Shown here: in pieces, positions 36,326-45,931 of the stretch
Numbering within the stretch: the stretch's first letter is position 1
Layout: every line of letters begins with the position of its first letter
Virus record (IMG/VR): IMGVR_UViG_3300025300_000015
Span: 1 to 53,792 of that record
DNA from: a virus
Taxonomy: Duplodnaviria > Caudoviricetes
DNA: 53,792 bases
Reading direction: 5' to 3' (one strand)
Position numbers and translations under genes: made by a program
Notes under the pieces: generated by a model
Database searches by the model: none
What the model was told of the DNA's origin: nothing
The model's input: only the letters and a program-made list of their open reading frames with translations

Positions 36326-37378
36326 TCAGTCGTCGCACACTACCTTTCCGCTGCCTGAGTCGGGCCTGAAATCGGTGGTATATCTGAACGAGACGTTGCC
36401 AGAATGTCCAGCACAATTGCAGATCCCCACGATATTTACAGATGTCCAATTTGATGGCTTGGGGGGGCAGTTTGAGTGACCTGCACAAGCACTATCAGAT
36501 GGGTAAAAAGGTTCGTCGTCGTCGTCACTGAGTACCGGCCCCAACTCTGCCGCTGCGGGGTAAGTGACTCCATCTCTGTAAAACCACCTGCCGTCCCCGT
36601 TTCCCAAATCTACGCAGAGTATATGTGCTTCAGGGCTGACACTGAATGCTGGGTCCCTAGTGAGGTCTTTGGTTGGGTTGGTTGCCCATATACAATCGAC
36701 CCCATGCGAGTCCACGACCGCCATCACGCCGTTGAGTGTTGCGCACGAACCGCTAAAGCCCGATACCTCGAATATCCAGCCCGCATAGGTGGATGTGGGG
36801 AGGCTGCCGCATGCTTCACATTCCGCCGCAGTCGGACAGGCAGACGCGACGTACTCGTTGCAGATGCACCCTTGGGGGGATAGCTTGGTTAGTGTTATTT
36901 CCGCCGGGCCAGTGGCGCATCCTCCAGTCCTCCGTATCGGACTCGCTTCGGGAATACTGCTGTTGCTCTCTCCTTCCCATAACACAATATTGTCCCCGGA
37001 CGTTGCACATTCAAGCCTGACGAAGGTTTGGAACGTGGTTATAGACATGTCTCCGCCTGCACCCGGCGTAGACCCAGCCAAAGCCTTGCCATGGGTAGTA
37101 AACCCCGAGATTTCCCCTCCGTTACGACCGAGTGTGTAGCTGCAATGATCCCAGTAAGGGAACCTGAGTTCCCCTACTACCGGAATCACCTCGGGAATAT
37201 CCGGCCTGAAAACTCCGTCCCAAGCGTTGAGGGTTTTTGTGTTAACGGTGGGGCCAGCGGTACAGCTACCGCAACCCGTTACAGGAAAAAGCGTGTTGTG
37301 AAAGTCGTCTATCGAGTAGCACGGGTGAATACACCCGACCGGCGGATGCCCGTATGTGAATGACTGGGTTAATGTCAA
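36326..37378 (-). CDS. Cys-rich tail-region protein (350 aa)
   Basis: Numerous Cys residues; GAGGTG RBS; in the tail block. Confidence 0.7.
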   Translation of the reverse strand: MTLTQSFTYGHPPVGCIHPCYSIDDFHNTLFPVTGCGSCTAGPTVNTKTLNAWDGVFRPDIPEVIPVVGELRFPYWDHCSYTLGRNGGEISGFTTHGKALAGSTPGAGGDMSITTFQTFVRLECATSGDNIVLWEGESNSSIPEASPIRRTGGCATGPAEITLTKLSPQGCICNEYVASACPTAAECEACGSLPTSTYAGWIFEVSGFSGSCATLNGVMAVVDSHGVDCIWATNPTKDLTRDPAFSVSPEAHILCVDLGNGDGRWFYRDGVTYPAAAELGPVLSDDDDEPFYPSDSACAGHSNCPPKPSNWTSVNIVGICNCAGHSGNVSFRYTTDFRPDSGSGKVVCDD

Positions 37379-37386
37379 TTTTCACC

Positions 37387-38142
37387 TCAACCGTGACATG
37401 TGCCGAGATGATATCCGGGCATATTAAAGCAATAAAGCACTGTACCTAGTTGAACAAGCTTGTTCATCAACACTATGGAGTTTTGTTCCGACTGGGGATT
37501 ATTGGGATTTTCTGTCCCCACATGACCATGATCATCCATGGGACCCCAGCCAACAGGCTGGTAGTTCGGAGGATACTGATTCTGCTTGATATTGGCCCCG
37601 AAAATCCAGTGCTGCTCGGCCTCGCATACTTCTGAGTCTTGCTTGTGTAGCAATTCCCGCACATTGAAAGCCGCGCCGAACGCCAAGTTCATGTTTCCTT
37701 CTGATGGTACTTGATATTCGCGGCCATGTTCCATATCAAGTACCGCTAGGTACGACCCGGCACCTAAATCCCCCTCGGGGTCGTCTTCGCCCGTCCCAGA
37801 ATCGAATGATTCGGCTTTCAACTGCACTTCTTCCCACGCATAAAGCCATTGGTAATTGTGTACCCTGCCACCAACTTTTATATACCGGTCGCACTTGCCG
37901 TCAGGTCCGGGAATGCCTTCAAGTCCGGGAACAACTGCCTTCTGGGAGCCGATTATTTTGGCCGGGAAAACTTCCGGCTGTTCAGGCGTAAAATCTTCAG
38001 CAGTATCTTTAGCAATGGTTACCCATCCCGGACCCTGACTCACCCCCGGACCATTAAATGCGCGGGGAACAGTAGAGAGCATTTCTCTCAGGTAATCTCG
38101 AAGAGTCTCGCCAGATTCTGGTTCTCGATAGAAGTCGGCCAT
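37387..38142 (-). CDS. Putative tail-tip/baseplate protein
   Basis: FPAKI...WLYAWEEV...AFNVRE; position in the tail block. Confidence 0.55.
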   Translation of the reverse strand: MADFYREPESGETLRDYLREMLSTVPRAFNGPGVSQGPGWVTIAKDTAEDFTPEQPEVFPAKIIGSQKAVVPGLEGIPGPDGKCDRYIKVGGRVHNYQWLYAWEEVQLKAESFDSGTGEDDPEGDLGAGSYLAVLDMEHGREYQVPSEGNMNLAFGAAFNVRELLHKQDSEVCEAEQHWIFGANIKQNQYPPNYQPVGWGPMDDHGHVGTENPNNPQSEQNSIVLMNKLVQLGTVLYCFNMPGYHLGTCHG

Positions 38143-38936
38143 TATGAAGGGTTACTCGACTGCTCAGTAGGTTCATTCCAACTTTTAGCCTCATACTGGA
38201 GTATCTTGTAGAATCTCGGAACCACTTTCCCAGTGTATTTGTCTTCCCTTTCCGTTCTCACTATCTTCCAAAACCCGTCCGGTCGGTAATGGTACTGATA
38301 CCAGCCATGGTAAGTCACGTCGCCATCTTCGTCCATGTCCATTGTCATATGGAAGCCAGCGTATCTCAACGTGAATTTAGCTAATGCGATTTCTACCCCT
38401 GTCGTAGTTTTTAGTATCCCTTCCTTCTCGTTTATCGTGTTCAAATTTCTTATATGGTCTTGAGACAGAGGTGTGCGGGAAAGGCTAAACGGAACGTCAA
38501 GCTGGACGCCCATAAAATTCTTTTCATACCCCGCGTTAGTGTGCTTGACATCAGGCATAATGTGGGTCTCTTGGGCCTGGTCGTCAGGAATTTTGAGATC
38601 GTACCACCTCGCCGTCAGACCAATCGAATTGATCTTCATGATGGTCTGCGAAGCGGCTGGGTTATTAGGAGACGAAGAGCCTGATCTGATTCCGTAGTTC
38701 TCGGTGACAATGGCCTGCCCGCCGTCAAGTTTCTTGACAGTCCGAGACATTATGGGAAGAGATGTTCCGGGAAACGTAATGTCGCCCAGTTGTGCCAATG
38801 CCTTCAACTCGGCAGCCGAATCCGCACCGCTGTCTATGAAGTGGGTTCGTGTTGCCCGCGTCTGTTTCCTCTTGGCAAAGTTCTGGGTATACGATGACCC
38901 GCTGCCTATGTTATTGATATCGGTCTTTTTTGCCAT
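38142..38936 (-). CDS. Putative distal tail/hub protein
   Basis: Beta-rich; follows the tube gene and the 77-aa gene. Confidence 0.45.
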   Translation of the reverse strand: MAKKTDINNIGSGSSYTQNFAKRKQTRATRTHFIDSGADSAAELKALAQLGDITFPGTSLPIMSRTVKKLDGGQAIVTENYGIRSGSSSPNNPAASQTIMKINSIGLTARWYDLKIPDDQAQETHIMPDVKHTNAGYEKNFMGVQLDVPFSLSRTPLSQDHIRNLNTINEKEGILKTTTGVEIALAKFTLRYAGFHMTMDMDEDGDVTYHGWYQYHYRPDGFWKIVRTEREDKYTGKVVPRFYKILQYEAKSWNEPTEQSSNPS

Positions 38937-39169
38937 CAGAAAGCTACCGTAATTCCACCCGAGTTAAGGGAATCTATATTCGCGTCGATAGTCTGTAAAA
39001 ACTGCCGTATCAACCGCAGTTCCTCCAAAATTTCCATGTCCTTGTTGCCTGCTTCGACCCCGGTGTTTGGCGATCCTCCGAATACTGACGACCCTGTCGT
39101 CTCCATGCCGAAGAGCGGAAGCCCGCCTCCGCCAAGATTTGGTACTGATGGTTGTCCTAAGATTCCCAC
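38936..39169 (-). CDS. 77-aa protein at the tape-measure position
   Basis: Gly-rich N-part plus an amphipathic helix ILEELRLIRQFLQTIDANI. Confidence 0.55.
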   Translation of the reverse strand: MGILGQPSVPNLGGGGLPLFGMETTGSSVFGGSPNTGVEAGNKDMEILEELRLIRQFLQTIDANIDSLNSGGITVAF

Positions 39170-39184
39170 GTCTGTTACCCCCTA

Positions 39185-40003
39185 TCAATCAAATCTGAAT
39201 CTGGCCTGGAATTTAACTTCCCCGCCTGCCGCCGCGTTGGACATAATCGTGCAGTCGTAAAGTAGGGCTGGCTGGGCAATATTAGCGGTGGCCCCTATAT
39301 CAAGGGTCAGTGTATTTCTAGGCGGCTCCCCGCCCAGTGTGTCCACGCCGGAAGGGAAGAGCCATATGTAGTAGTTGCCCGGATCAGGAGTCCAGCTAGA
39401 CGCCGCCCCATCAGTCTTAAAGGCAAAGGACATCTCTATCGGGCCACCCTCGCCGAACCTAGCCGACAGCTTTTTCTCTTCGATCACGACCGCTGTGGCC
39501 AAGGTTCCGAAGTTGTCTATCACGAAGGTGGCAGTCGTGCTTATGGGATGGTTTGAGCTATAGGTCATGTCGCTGTCAAACTGTCCTCCAGCCGCAGCGG
39601 TTGCATTCCCGGACACGCTTCCGGTGACTGACGGCACGGCGTGCAACCACTGTTTCTTCTTGTCGCCTGACCCGGTCACGTCTTTAAGAGGACCCCAAGA
39701 TTTCCTCAAGGTCCACGCTTGAGGGTTGATGGCAATCTCGGTATCTGAGGTCGATAGGGAGTTATCTTGGGATAAGGACGAGACTCCGGTAGAATCTATC
39801 ATCACCGTTCCTTCGGCATAAATTTCACCAGTGGTCAACCCCTGAATCCAATTTTTCTGAGCGTCAGACCTCCCGTCCTGTGATCCAGTAACGTCATGCG
39901 TGGCCGACTGCTCCACAAGTGCCGCACGCTGTATCGACAAGTTCACGCTTGCGCCTACGTTGAACGATCCGGACTGAGCGATGGGGAATGTAGTAGAAGC
40001 CAC
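39185..40003 (-). CDS. Tail-tube-like protein with internal duplication
   Basis: Two DVTGS...W...G motifs resembling siphophage major tail proteins. Confidence 0.55.
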   Translation of the reverse strand: MASTTFPIAQSGSFNVGASVNLSIQRAALVEQSATHDVTGSQDGRSDAQKNWIQGLTTGEIYAEGTVMIDSTGVSSLSQDNSLSTSDTEIAINPQAWTLRKSWGPLKDVTGSGDKKKQWLHAVPSVTGSVSGNATAAAGGQFDSDMTYSSNHPISTTATFVIDNFGTLATAVVIEEKKLSARFGEGGPIEMSFAFKTDGAASSWTPDPGNYYIWLFPSGVDTLGGEPPRNTLTLDIGATANIAQPALLYDCTIMSNAAAGGEVKFQARFRFD

Positions 40004-40008
40004 TTGCG

Positions 40009-40659
40009 TTAGCCCTTTGATGCCATCGGCAATTCCATTGCCGGTAATGTGTTGTAGGCATAGTACCTTCTTCCACGCTCGATCTCCTGCTCAAATTTCT
40101 CCATGGCAGCAGGAGCGTCCGGATGCCCCGGCGCGCCATAGAGTAGAAACGCCCTCACCCCCCATCGGACTACATTGCCCACGAACTCCTCGTTTATCCT
40201 CAATGTCACGCTATCTGGAGAAGATGTACCAAGAGTCCATGCCTGCTCACCGACCCAATGCGTTATCGAGATGTTGTACTGCTGGTCCGCCTGCTTGTCG
40301 AACTTAGCCAAGTTGTCCCTCTCAAAGGCGATCATGACCGGCTTGCCCACCGGGGTCTCCCCCTGAAACCTCCTTCGCACAGTCTCGTATGGGACCAGTT
40401 TCATCGGAGAACCGGATATCTCAGCCCGGATGAATCTTGGAATGGTGAAGTCGCCGATGGAGGAGACTGGATTCAGCGTGCTGTCAGTAGATGCCAAGGC
40501 GCATACGGTCGTGAGAGTGTAGGCTCGCGTTTCCTTCAAGAACCGGTCGCAAGCATCCCTTATGGCCCTGTCGATCTTGGCAAGGCTGAACTGGGTGGTC
40601 GTTATGTGAAGAGCCGATTGGGTTGCGGTCAACCGGGCTTCAGTCAAAGTCATAGCCAT
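40009..40659 (-). CDS. Head-tail adaptor-like protein
   Basis: MTLTEAR...IDRAIRDACDRFLKET...GKP pattern. Confidence 0.65.
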   Translation of the reverse strand: MAMTLTEARLTATQSALHITTTQFSLAKIDRAIRDACDRFLKETRAYTLTTVCALASTDSTLNPVSSIGDFTIPRFIRAEISGSPMKLVPYETVRRRFQGETPVGKPVMIAFERDNLAKFDKQADQQYNISITHWVGEQAWTLGTSSPDSVTLRINEEFVGNVVRWGVRAFLLYGAPGHPDAPAAMEKFEQEIERGRRYYAYNTLPAMELPMASKG

Positions 40660-41381
40660 TACGAGACTCCCGCATGGGACCAGTTGTAGTTCGTGCTTCC
40701 CGTGGGCTTGCCGACCTGAAGTATGCCGCCACGGGACTGACCCATTATTCTCTGCTGTCCGGAATCCGCCCTCTTCATCGACTGTATCTCGGGAGATGTG
40801 ACAAGCCTGTCAACATGCCCGTGATCATTGGTCCGGTAGTAGGCCCCAAAGGCTCGCACGCACTGGATCAGGGCCATCTCTGCCCACGGCGGCACATTCG
40901 CCACAGCAGACCCCATGGTCATGGTCACCCAACCGGCGATATAGGCAAAGCGTATAGCCCCCTCCTGATCCGTGGCCGGAGTCGGATTAATCTCCAGACG
41001 TGGAAGACCAAGCGGGGACACGGTGTCCGATTGGCTGGGGTAGGCCAAGGCGACGTGATACATGGACGGCGTAGAAACAGCCGAACGCCCCAATAAATCC
41101 AGTTCCTGAAGCGTACTCAGAGCTACATCAAATGTCAGTGCGCCCTCCCTAGTCACGCCCAAGATCGTGCCATTGCCAAAGTCCGGAGGCATTCTCACCC
41201 AAGACTGACCCGCGACGAAGTCCAAGAGAACCGATGGCCTAGCCAGCCATCTCCATGGATGCAGTCCAGCTAGGAACTGACCAGCCTGATTAACGATCTG
41301 GTTCTCGTCCAGCCGCCCGTCGTGTTCCTCTCCAATAACAATATTGAGTTGGTCAACGAGTTGCGCGTATGTGATGGCCAT
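40659..41381 (-). CDS. Head-tail adaptor-like protein
   Basis: ITYAQL...VNQAGQFL...PWRWL...MPPDF...INPTP pattern. Confidence 0.7.
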   Translation of the reverse strand: MAITYAQLVDQLNIVIGEEHDGRLDENQIVNQAGQFLAGLHPWRWLARPSVLLDFVAGQSWVRMPPDFGNGTILGVTREGALTFDVALSTLQELDLLGRSAVSTPSMYHVALAYPSQSDTVSPLGLPRLEINPTPATDQEGAIRFAYIAGWVTMTMGSAVANVPPWAEMALIQCVRAFGAYYRTNDHGHVDRLVTSPEIQSMKRADSGQQRIMGQSRGGILQVGKPTGSTNYNWSHAGVS

Positions 41382-41421
41382 GTCAATAGTCCTCGCTGGA
41401 TTCTATCACTTGGTAGCAAGC

Positions 41422-41670
41422 TCATCCAGTAGCCGTGGCGTCCAGCCTGGCCTCAAGCCTTGACACTCTGTCCGCCAAAGCGTGATGATCGGTTGTCATC
41501 GAGTGGCAAACGCCCTGCAACGACTCGATGGCTTTCCCGAGTTGTTCTATTTTTGAGGACAGCACGGCAGTCGTAGTCTTGATTGACCCCACTACCCACA
41601 CCCCGCCAATAGCAATAGTCACGAGCGTGATAATCAACTGCACCCATTGCGAGACGCTGAAGCTGTCCAT
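41422..41670 (-). CDS. Single-TM plus coiled-coil protein (holin-like)
   Basis: WVQLIITLVTIAIGGVWVV, then DRVSRLEARL. Confidence 0.6.
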   Translation of the reverse strand: MDSFSVSQWVQLIITLVTIAIGGVWVVGSIKTTTAVLSSKIEQLGKAIESLQGVCHSMTTDHHALADRVSRLEARLDATATG

Positions 41671-41703
41671 GTCTATCTTCCTTGAATAATAATAGCTACT
41701 GTT

Positions 41704-42450
41704 TCACAATACCCCTCGTCTCGGAGTGTTATCGCGGCGATAGGCCGCGTAAAGACCATGAATCTCGGCAGCGGTAAGGACCTTACCGAACACTGCAACT
41801 TCCGATATGTGGCCAGAGAAGAACGCGGTGGTATTATTCTCCGATCCTATAAACATGCTGGTGGACGCATCATTTGATCTTGATCCAACACCATTAACGG
41901 CGTTCTCCATGGCAACAGCAACGCCATTAAAGTACACCAATGCGTTTGCAGCAGTAGTTGACCCGTCCCATGTGCATGTAACCATCGTCCACACACTCTG
42001 GGTCGAACTGGTGGACAAGGGCAAAGATACGGCAGAGTCATTCCTCAGATTGGTGCTGCCGTGATCAACGAATATGCGAATTTTGCCGGTGCTGGTGAGA
42101 ACCACTATCTTGACCAAGGCTCCCTTTGTGAGAAGACGAGTAGCTACAGCAGTTGGCTTTGCCCAGAAGTTGTAGGAGAAGGTCGTCAGGTTGTCGATAT
42201 TGGTTGCCGATCCCAAGGACACAGTGTCATTGCTGGCATCGAACAACACTCCCGAAGTTGACGGGCGAATCCTTCCTATGCCCTCGTTCGCATTTGTTAT
42301 AGGCCCTCCGGTATAGGTTGCGTTTACGGGGGTCGCGCCTGCGGCTGAAGGCATTGACCTGTCAATAGCGACAGTCTCCCCGGAAGGCTCGTCCATGGGG
42401 TAATACCGAAGAGGAATAAGATTGCCGAGTTTGCCTCGTATATTTTGCAT
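41704..42450 (-). CDS. LamG/concanavalin A-like jelly-roll structural protein
   Basis: YYPMDEPSG, FSYNFWAKP, WTMVTCTWDG, YFNGV, FFSGHISEVAVFGKVLTAAEI. Confidence 0.85.
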   Translation of the reverse strand: MQNIRGKLGNLIPLRYYPMDEPSGETVAIDRSMPSAAGATPVNATYTGGPITNANEGIGRIRPSTSGVLFDASNDTVSLGSATNIDNLTTFSYNFWAKPTAVATRLLTKGALVKIVVLTSTGKIRIFVDHGSTNLRNDSAVSLPLSTSSTQSVWTMVTCTWDGSTTAANALVYFNGVAVAMENAVNGVGSRSNDASTSMFIGSENNTTAFFSGHISEVAVFGKVLTAAEIHGLYAAYRRDNTPRRGVL

Positions 42451-42692
42451 CAGTCGTCTGGAACCTCCCACTTGCTTGGTTCCGCCTTCATGATTGCTAT
42501 CGACTCGCTCAGTGGTTTAAGTTTGCCTTCTAGTTCACTCGGAACAGTCTGTGGTTGCCCGCCCACAAACGGCTCAAACTCAACAATAGCAGTCTGGTTA
42601 TCCAGAGATATCCGCAGATTTTCGCCTCCATGCGCATCAAGTTCATCCAAGCCGGATTGATTGGGCATGAATGCGTACAGGTATCTGGACAT
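42450..42692 (-). CDS. Small hypothetical structural-region protein (80 aa)
   Basis: TAATG and TGATG overlaps with its neighbours. Confidence 0.65.
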   Translation of the reverse strand: MSRYLYAFMPNQSGLDELDAHGGENLRISLDNQTAIVEFEPFVGGQPQTVPSELEGKLKPLSESIAIMKAEPSKWEVPDD

Positions 42693-43243
42693 TACAAGTT
42701 TCTCCAGGCGACGTTGCATCCAGTACCGGCGGTTGAGCCTGCATCCATGTCGAACCACACGTCCAACTTCTCGAATCCCTTATTGCGGATAATCAAGGCC
42801 GCGTTTCCATTATCTGCTGGCGAAATTATCTCGTAATCCGATGTGCCGATATTGGTGGTGTCAAGAACGATAGTGTCGCACCAGAATTCACTGTCTGTTA
42901 CGATACCGCCAGAGAGGCCATTTCGAGACCCCATCGTGGCCGCAACTCTTATCAGAAACGTAGCCGTCCATTGGTGCGTACTGCTGGTCAAAGAGACAAA
43001 CCTAGACCAGCCGTACACATAAGCATGGAAATCATCGTTCGCGGTGTCCGTCCCGAAAAAGTGCATCAGAGTGTCTTGATCTGATGTGGGAATGACCACA
43101 TGATTTGCGGTTGGGGTCCCTGAATCAGTGGTTGACGGTTCCGTAGTCGTATCGGCTGGGAACGATACGGCTGTATCGGTAGAGTTATTGGTCAGGCCCC
43201 GCCTTAGAATGTTTCTCTGGGTGTAGAGAGAACTGCTTGACAT
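42692..43243 (-). CDS. Thr-rich putative virion protein
   Basis: AAAGGAG RBS; beta-rich. Confidence 0.7.
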   Translation of the reverse strand: MSSSSLYTQRNILRRGLTNNSTDTAVSFPADTTTEPSTTDSGTPTANHVVIPTSDQDTLMHFFGTDTANDDFHAYVYGWSRFVSLTSSTHQWTATFLIRVAATMGSRNGLSGGIVTDSEFWCDTIVLDTTNIGTSDYEIISPADNGNAALIIRNKGFEKLDVWFDMDAGSTAGTGCNVAWRNL

Positions 43244-43296
43244 GGAAGACTCCTTTCTTCGTTAGTCGGTCTTGAAGTCCGTGTTGTGATGACGGT

Positions 43297-43758
43297 TCAG
43301 GTAAACAGCATCAGCGTGACATCCGCATCTCCTTGACCATTGGCTACGTTTCTCTGCACGACGATACGGTCAAGCAGGGTGGTCGTAGTCTGGACGGTAG
43401 TTGAGACGATAGCCGACGTATTCGCCACGAAATCGTCACTGGAAAATATAAACGGCACGTTAGCGGTAATGCCGATAGCGGCGTAGTCGGGAGTGGTTGC
43501 GGTTGATCGGAACTCAGCGAGAACTGCCTGATCGGACAAGATTATTCCCACGTCAAAATTAGATACCCCGGAATCTCCGGCGGTCCACATAGTCACGGCG
43601 GTGTAATTGTCGGCCACGATAGCTCTAGCGGAAAAATGCTCATCGTCCGTTGCCTTGATAGTCCTTGGCGCAGCCGTGGACAGGTCACCGATTTGCACAA
43701 CTTGGCCGTTGGGAAATACAGCTTCGACGGAACTCCATATATTTACGTTGGTTGACAT
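43297..43758 (-). CDS. Thr-rich putative virion protein
   Basis: GGAGG RBS; beta-rich. Confidence 0.7.
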   Translation of the reverse strand: MSTNVNIWSSVEAVFPNGQVVQIGDLSTAAPRTIKATDDEHFSARAIVADNYTAVTMWTAGDSGVSNFDVGIILSDQAVLAEFRSTATTPDYAAIGITANVPFIFSSDDFVANTSAIVSTTVQTTTTLLDRIVVQRNVANGQGDADVTLMLFT

Positions 43759-44513
43759 TGGCGGTCCTCCGTGACCTTTTTAGACATCATAGCATCCTTT
43801 TGCTCTTGGGAAACAGCAAAATGATCTGCATGACTTGATACGACTGCCGTGGCCATTCGCCTGAAGTGTTCTCGCATCGCAGGTGTATCCGCCTGTTCTG
43901 GTGTCATGAAGCTGATTGGGAACGCCAAGCAGGCCCGGTACGCTGCGGCCAATACTTGATTCGCCAGGGTCTCGTTCTGCTGATAGGCATAGCCGTAGAA
44001 GGGCGGCGACCACGGGAACGGCTTGGTAAGTTGAGTGTCTCCAAGAATATCCACACGCCTTCTAAGTCCCATGGCGACCCCAAGCCAGAACTCCATGCAC
44101 GCCTTGTGCTGGAAGTATTCAATACTGTCGTGTAGATGGTACATGCCACACAGCACGATATGCTCAAGGCCCTCCGTGAGGGCATGGGCCAGCATGTACG
44201 CCCCGGTACACTGGAAATACTGGATATTAGTATTGAATGCCGAGACGACCTCATTCAGGGGAAACGCTTCTGATCTCGGAACTTCAGGCCATGGCTCTCG
44301 GCAAATAACCCGCACGTCTTCGGGCAGGTCGTTAAGTCCATCTATAAATTCTTGGTCGAACTGGTGAATGTTGTCGAAGAAGTAGACTCTGGTCACGCCC
44401 GGCTGCCTCATGAAAGCCCGGTTGATGCACCATATTTCGATGTCGCCAGCATCGTCCTCGTTATAAGCCTCGATCATTCCGACCAGAACGACTTTTTTAG
44501 ACTTGCATGGCAT
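43743..44513 (-). CDS. Maf/GT29 (sialyltransferase)-like glycosyltransferase
   Basis: KKVVLVG...IWCIN...YFFD, and CTGAYMLAHALTEGLEHIVLCG resembling the sialylmotif-S/Maf helix-strand; adjacent to a CMP-sugar synthetase. Confidence 0.55.
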   Translation of the reverse strand: MPCKSKKVVLVGMIEAYNEDDAGDIEIWCINRAFMRQPGVTRVYFFDNIHQFDQEFIDGLNDLPEDVRVICREPWPEVPRSEAFPLNEVVSAFNTNIQYFQCTGAYMLAHALTEGLEHIVLCGMYHLHDSIEYFQHKACMEFWLGVAMGLRRRVDILGDTQLTKPFPWSPPFYGYAYQQNETLANQVLAAAYRACLAFPISFMTPEQADTPAMREHFRRMATAVVSSHADHFAVSQEQKDAMMSKKVTEDRQCQPT

Positions 44514-45189
44514 ATCGGGATTCCCATAGGCCCTTGGCCAGTGCAAAAGAATTAGAGTCGTGAATCTCCATCACATCACCCTTCTGGCTTACAACCGGCA
44601 CGAACGAGTTGGCCACGCCACCAGAGACCCGCTCGGCCAGCGGGCCTCCGTCCACGATATACCTGTCCGGCATCTCTTCAGACCGTATCGGCATGTCGTC
44701 TTCATCGTACCTCGCGACCCCATCTTTATCTATATAACAGGCATAGAATGGGTGTTCTTGGTCCGCCTTGAACATGGTCCTGGCCCTTGCCGCCCCGCCC
44801 TCCATGGCCATGATAGTCTCGTCGATCAGCTTGGGCTTCATGATCAGGCAACATCCCATCAGGCGTACAGACACGAAGTCTTCAACTTGACCGTTACGCG
44901 ACCTCCACTGCAAAGAATTCCACTCCACGATCTTCTCGTTCTGACCATCAAGATCGTCTTCCTCCTGACACAAGCGGTCATCCCGGTCGTAGAATTCCAC
45001 GCCAGCCTCTACCGCTATCTGCTGGATGTCCGGGCAATTAGTGGACACGACGACATCCGCAGCCAGAGAACTCCCCTTGGCAGCGTCCATAACGTGACGG
45101 ATGACGGGATATCCGTCTATCAGAAGCAGGTGCTTCTTCGGGAGCCTCGTGGACCCGGCCCTAGCCTCGATGAATATCACGCTGGTCAA
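44497..45189 (-). CDS. Acylneuraminate/nonulosonate cytidylyltransferase (NeuA/PseF/KdsB family)
   Basis: IEARAGSTRLPKKHLLLIDGYPVI, VVVSTN, HPF, MEIHDSNSF. Confidence 0.85.
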   Translation of the reverse strand: MTSVIFIEARAGSTRLPKKHLLLIDGYPVIRHVMDAAKGSSLAADVVVSTNCPDIQQIAVEAGVEFYDRDDRLCQEEDDLDGQNEKIVEWNSLQWRSRNGQVEDFVSVRLMGCCLIMKPKLIDETIMAMEGGAARARTMFKADQEHPFYACYIDKDGVARYDEDDMPIRSEEMPDRYIVDGGPLAERVSGGVANSFVPVVSQKGDVMEIHDSNSFALAKGLWESRYAMQV

Positions 45190-45258
45190 TTATCATTCAC
45201 CATTCCAATTACGCGGACGTAGCGGCGGTCACTGTGCCGGTGGCATAGGTCACTCCCG

Positions 45259-45292
45259 AAAAGTACGGGGGCCACCGTATGCAGCCCCCGTA
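45259..45292 (-). terminator. Rho-independent terminator after the 45302-45838 gene
   Basis: TACGGGGGC/GCCCCCGTA stem followed by CTTTT on the minus strand. Confidence 0.7.
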
Positions 45293-45301
45293 ACAGCGTC
45301 T

Positions 45302-45838
45302 TTAAGCAACGCGGTAGACGATAAACGTATTCGCCGCAGATCGCCGGTAGAAGAACATGCCGGTCGCAACGTTACCGTCCGCATCCTGAGCATCAACAAC
45401 CGGGTCTCCAACGACGGTCACGCCAGAGCCAGCGGTTAAGGTGATGTCACGGCCCGCCCCAGTTGCCAGATTTAAGATGCTCTGAAAGAAACCGTCACCA
45501 TTAGCAACAGTTCCGGGCAAAGCAGCTTCAATCTGCGTACCCGTTCGCGTAGTAAACGCTGCCGCAGAGGTAGGAGTAGCCTCGATAATGCGGGCGATCT
45601 GCTCGGCAGCACTAAACGTCGCACTATCATCAAGACCAGTCTCAGCAGCAGCGATAGAATACATCTGCGGTACCTGCGCCGAGTCCATGTGCTGAAACGT
45701 CTCGCGTCCGGTGTGCGTTTCCGCTCCCGTATGCGTTTCCGCGCCAGTGTGGGTCTCCACACCAGTGTGCGTGTGTGCTACAGTGCTTTTGATAATTTCA
45801 GAACCGACAAGTCGTTTTGTTTCAGTTCTATTAGGCAT
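45302..45838 (-). CDS. Capsid decoration/fibre-like protein with THTGxE repeats
   Basis: THTGVE-THTGAE-THTGAE-THTGRE; C-terminal ITLTAGSGVTVVG domain. Confidence 0.65.
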   Translation of the reverse strand: MPNRTETKRLVGSEIIKSTVAHTHTGVETHTGAETHTGAETHTGRETFQHMDSAQVPQMYSIAAAETGLDDSATFSAAEQIARIIEATPTSAAAFTTRTGTQIEAALPGTVANGDGFFQSILNLATGAGRDITLTAGSGVTVVGDPVVDAQDADGNVATGMFFYRRSAANTFIVYRVA

Positions 45839-45931
45839 AACTTGGACCTTTCGCGGGGTGATTTCTAAGCAGCAGTTCCCGACCCCATCGCGGGTGCTGC
45901 CATGACCACATGTACAAGCGGCCATAGTCTG

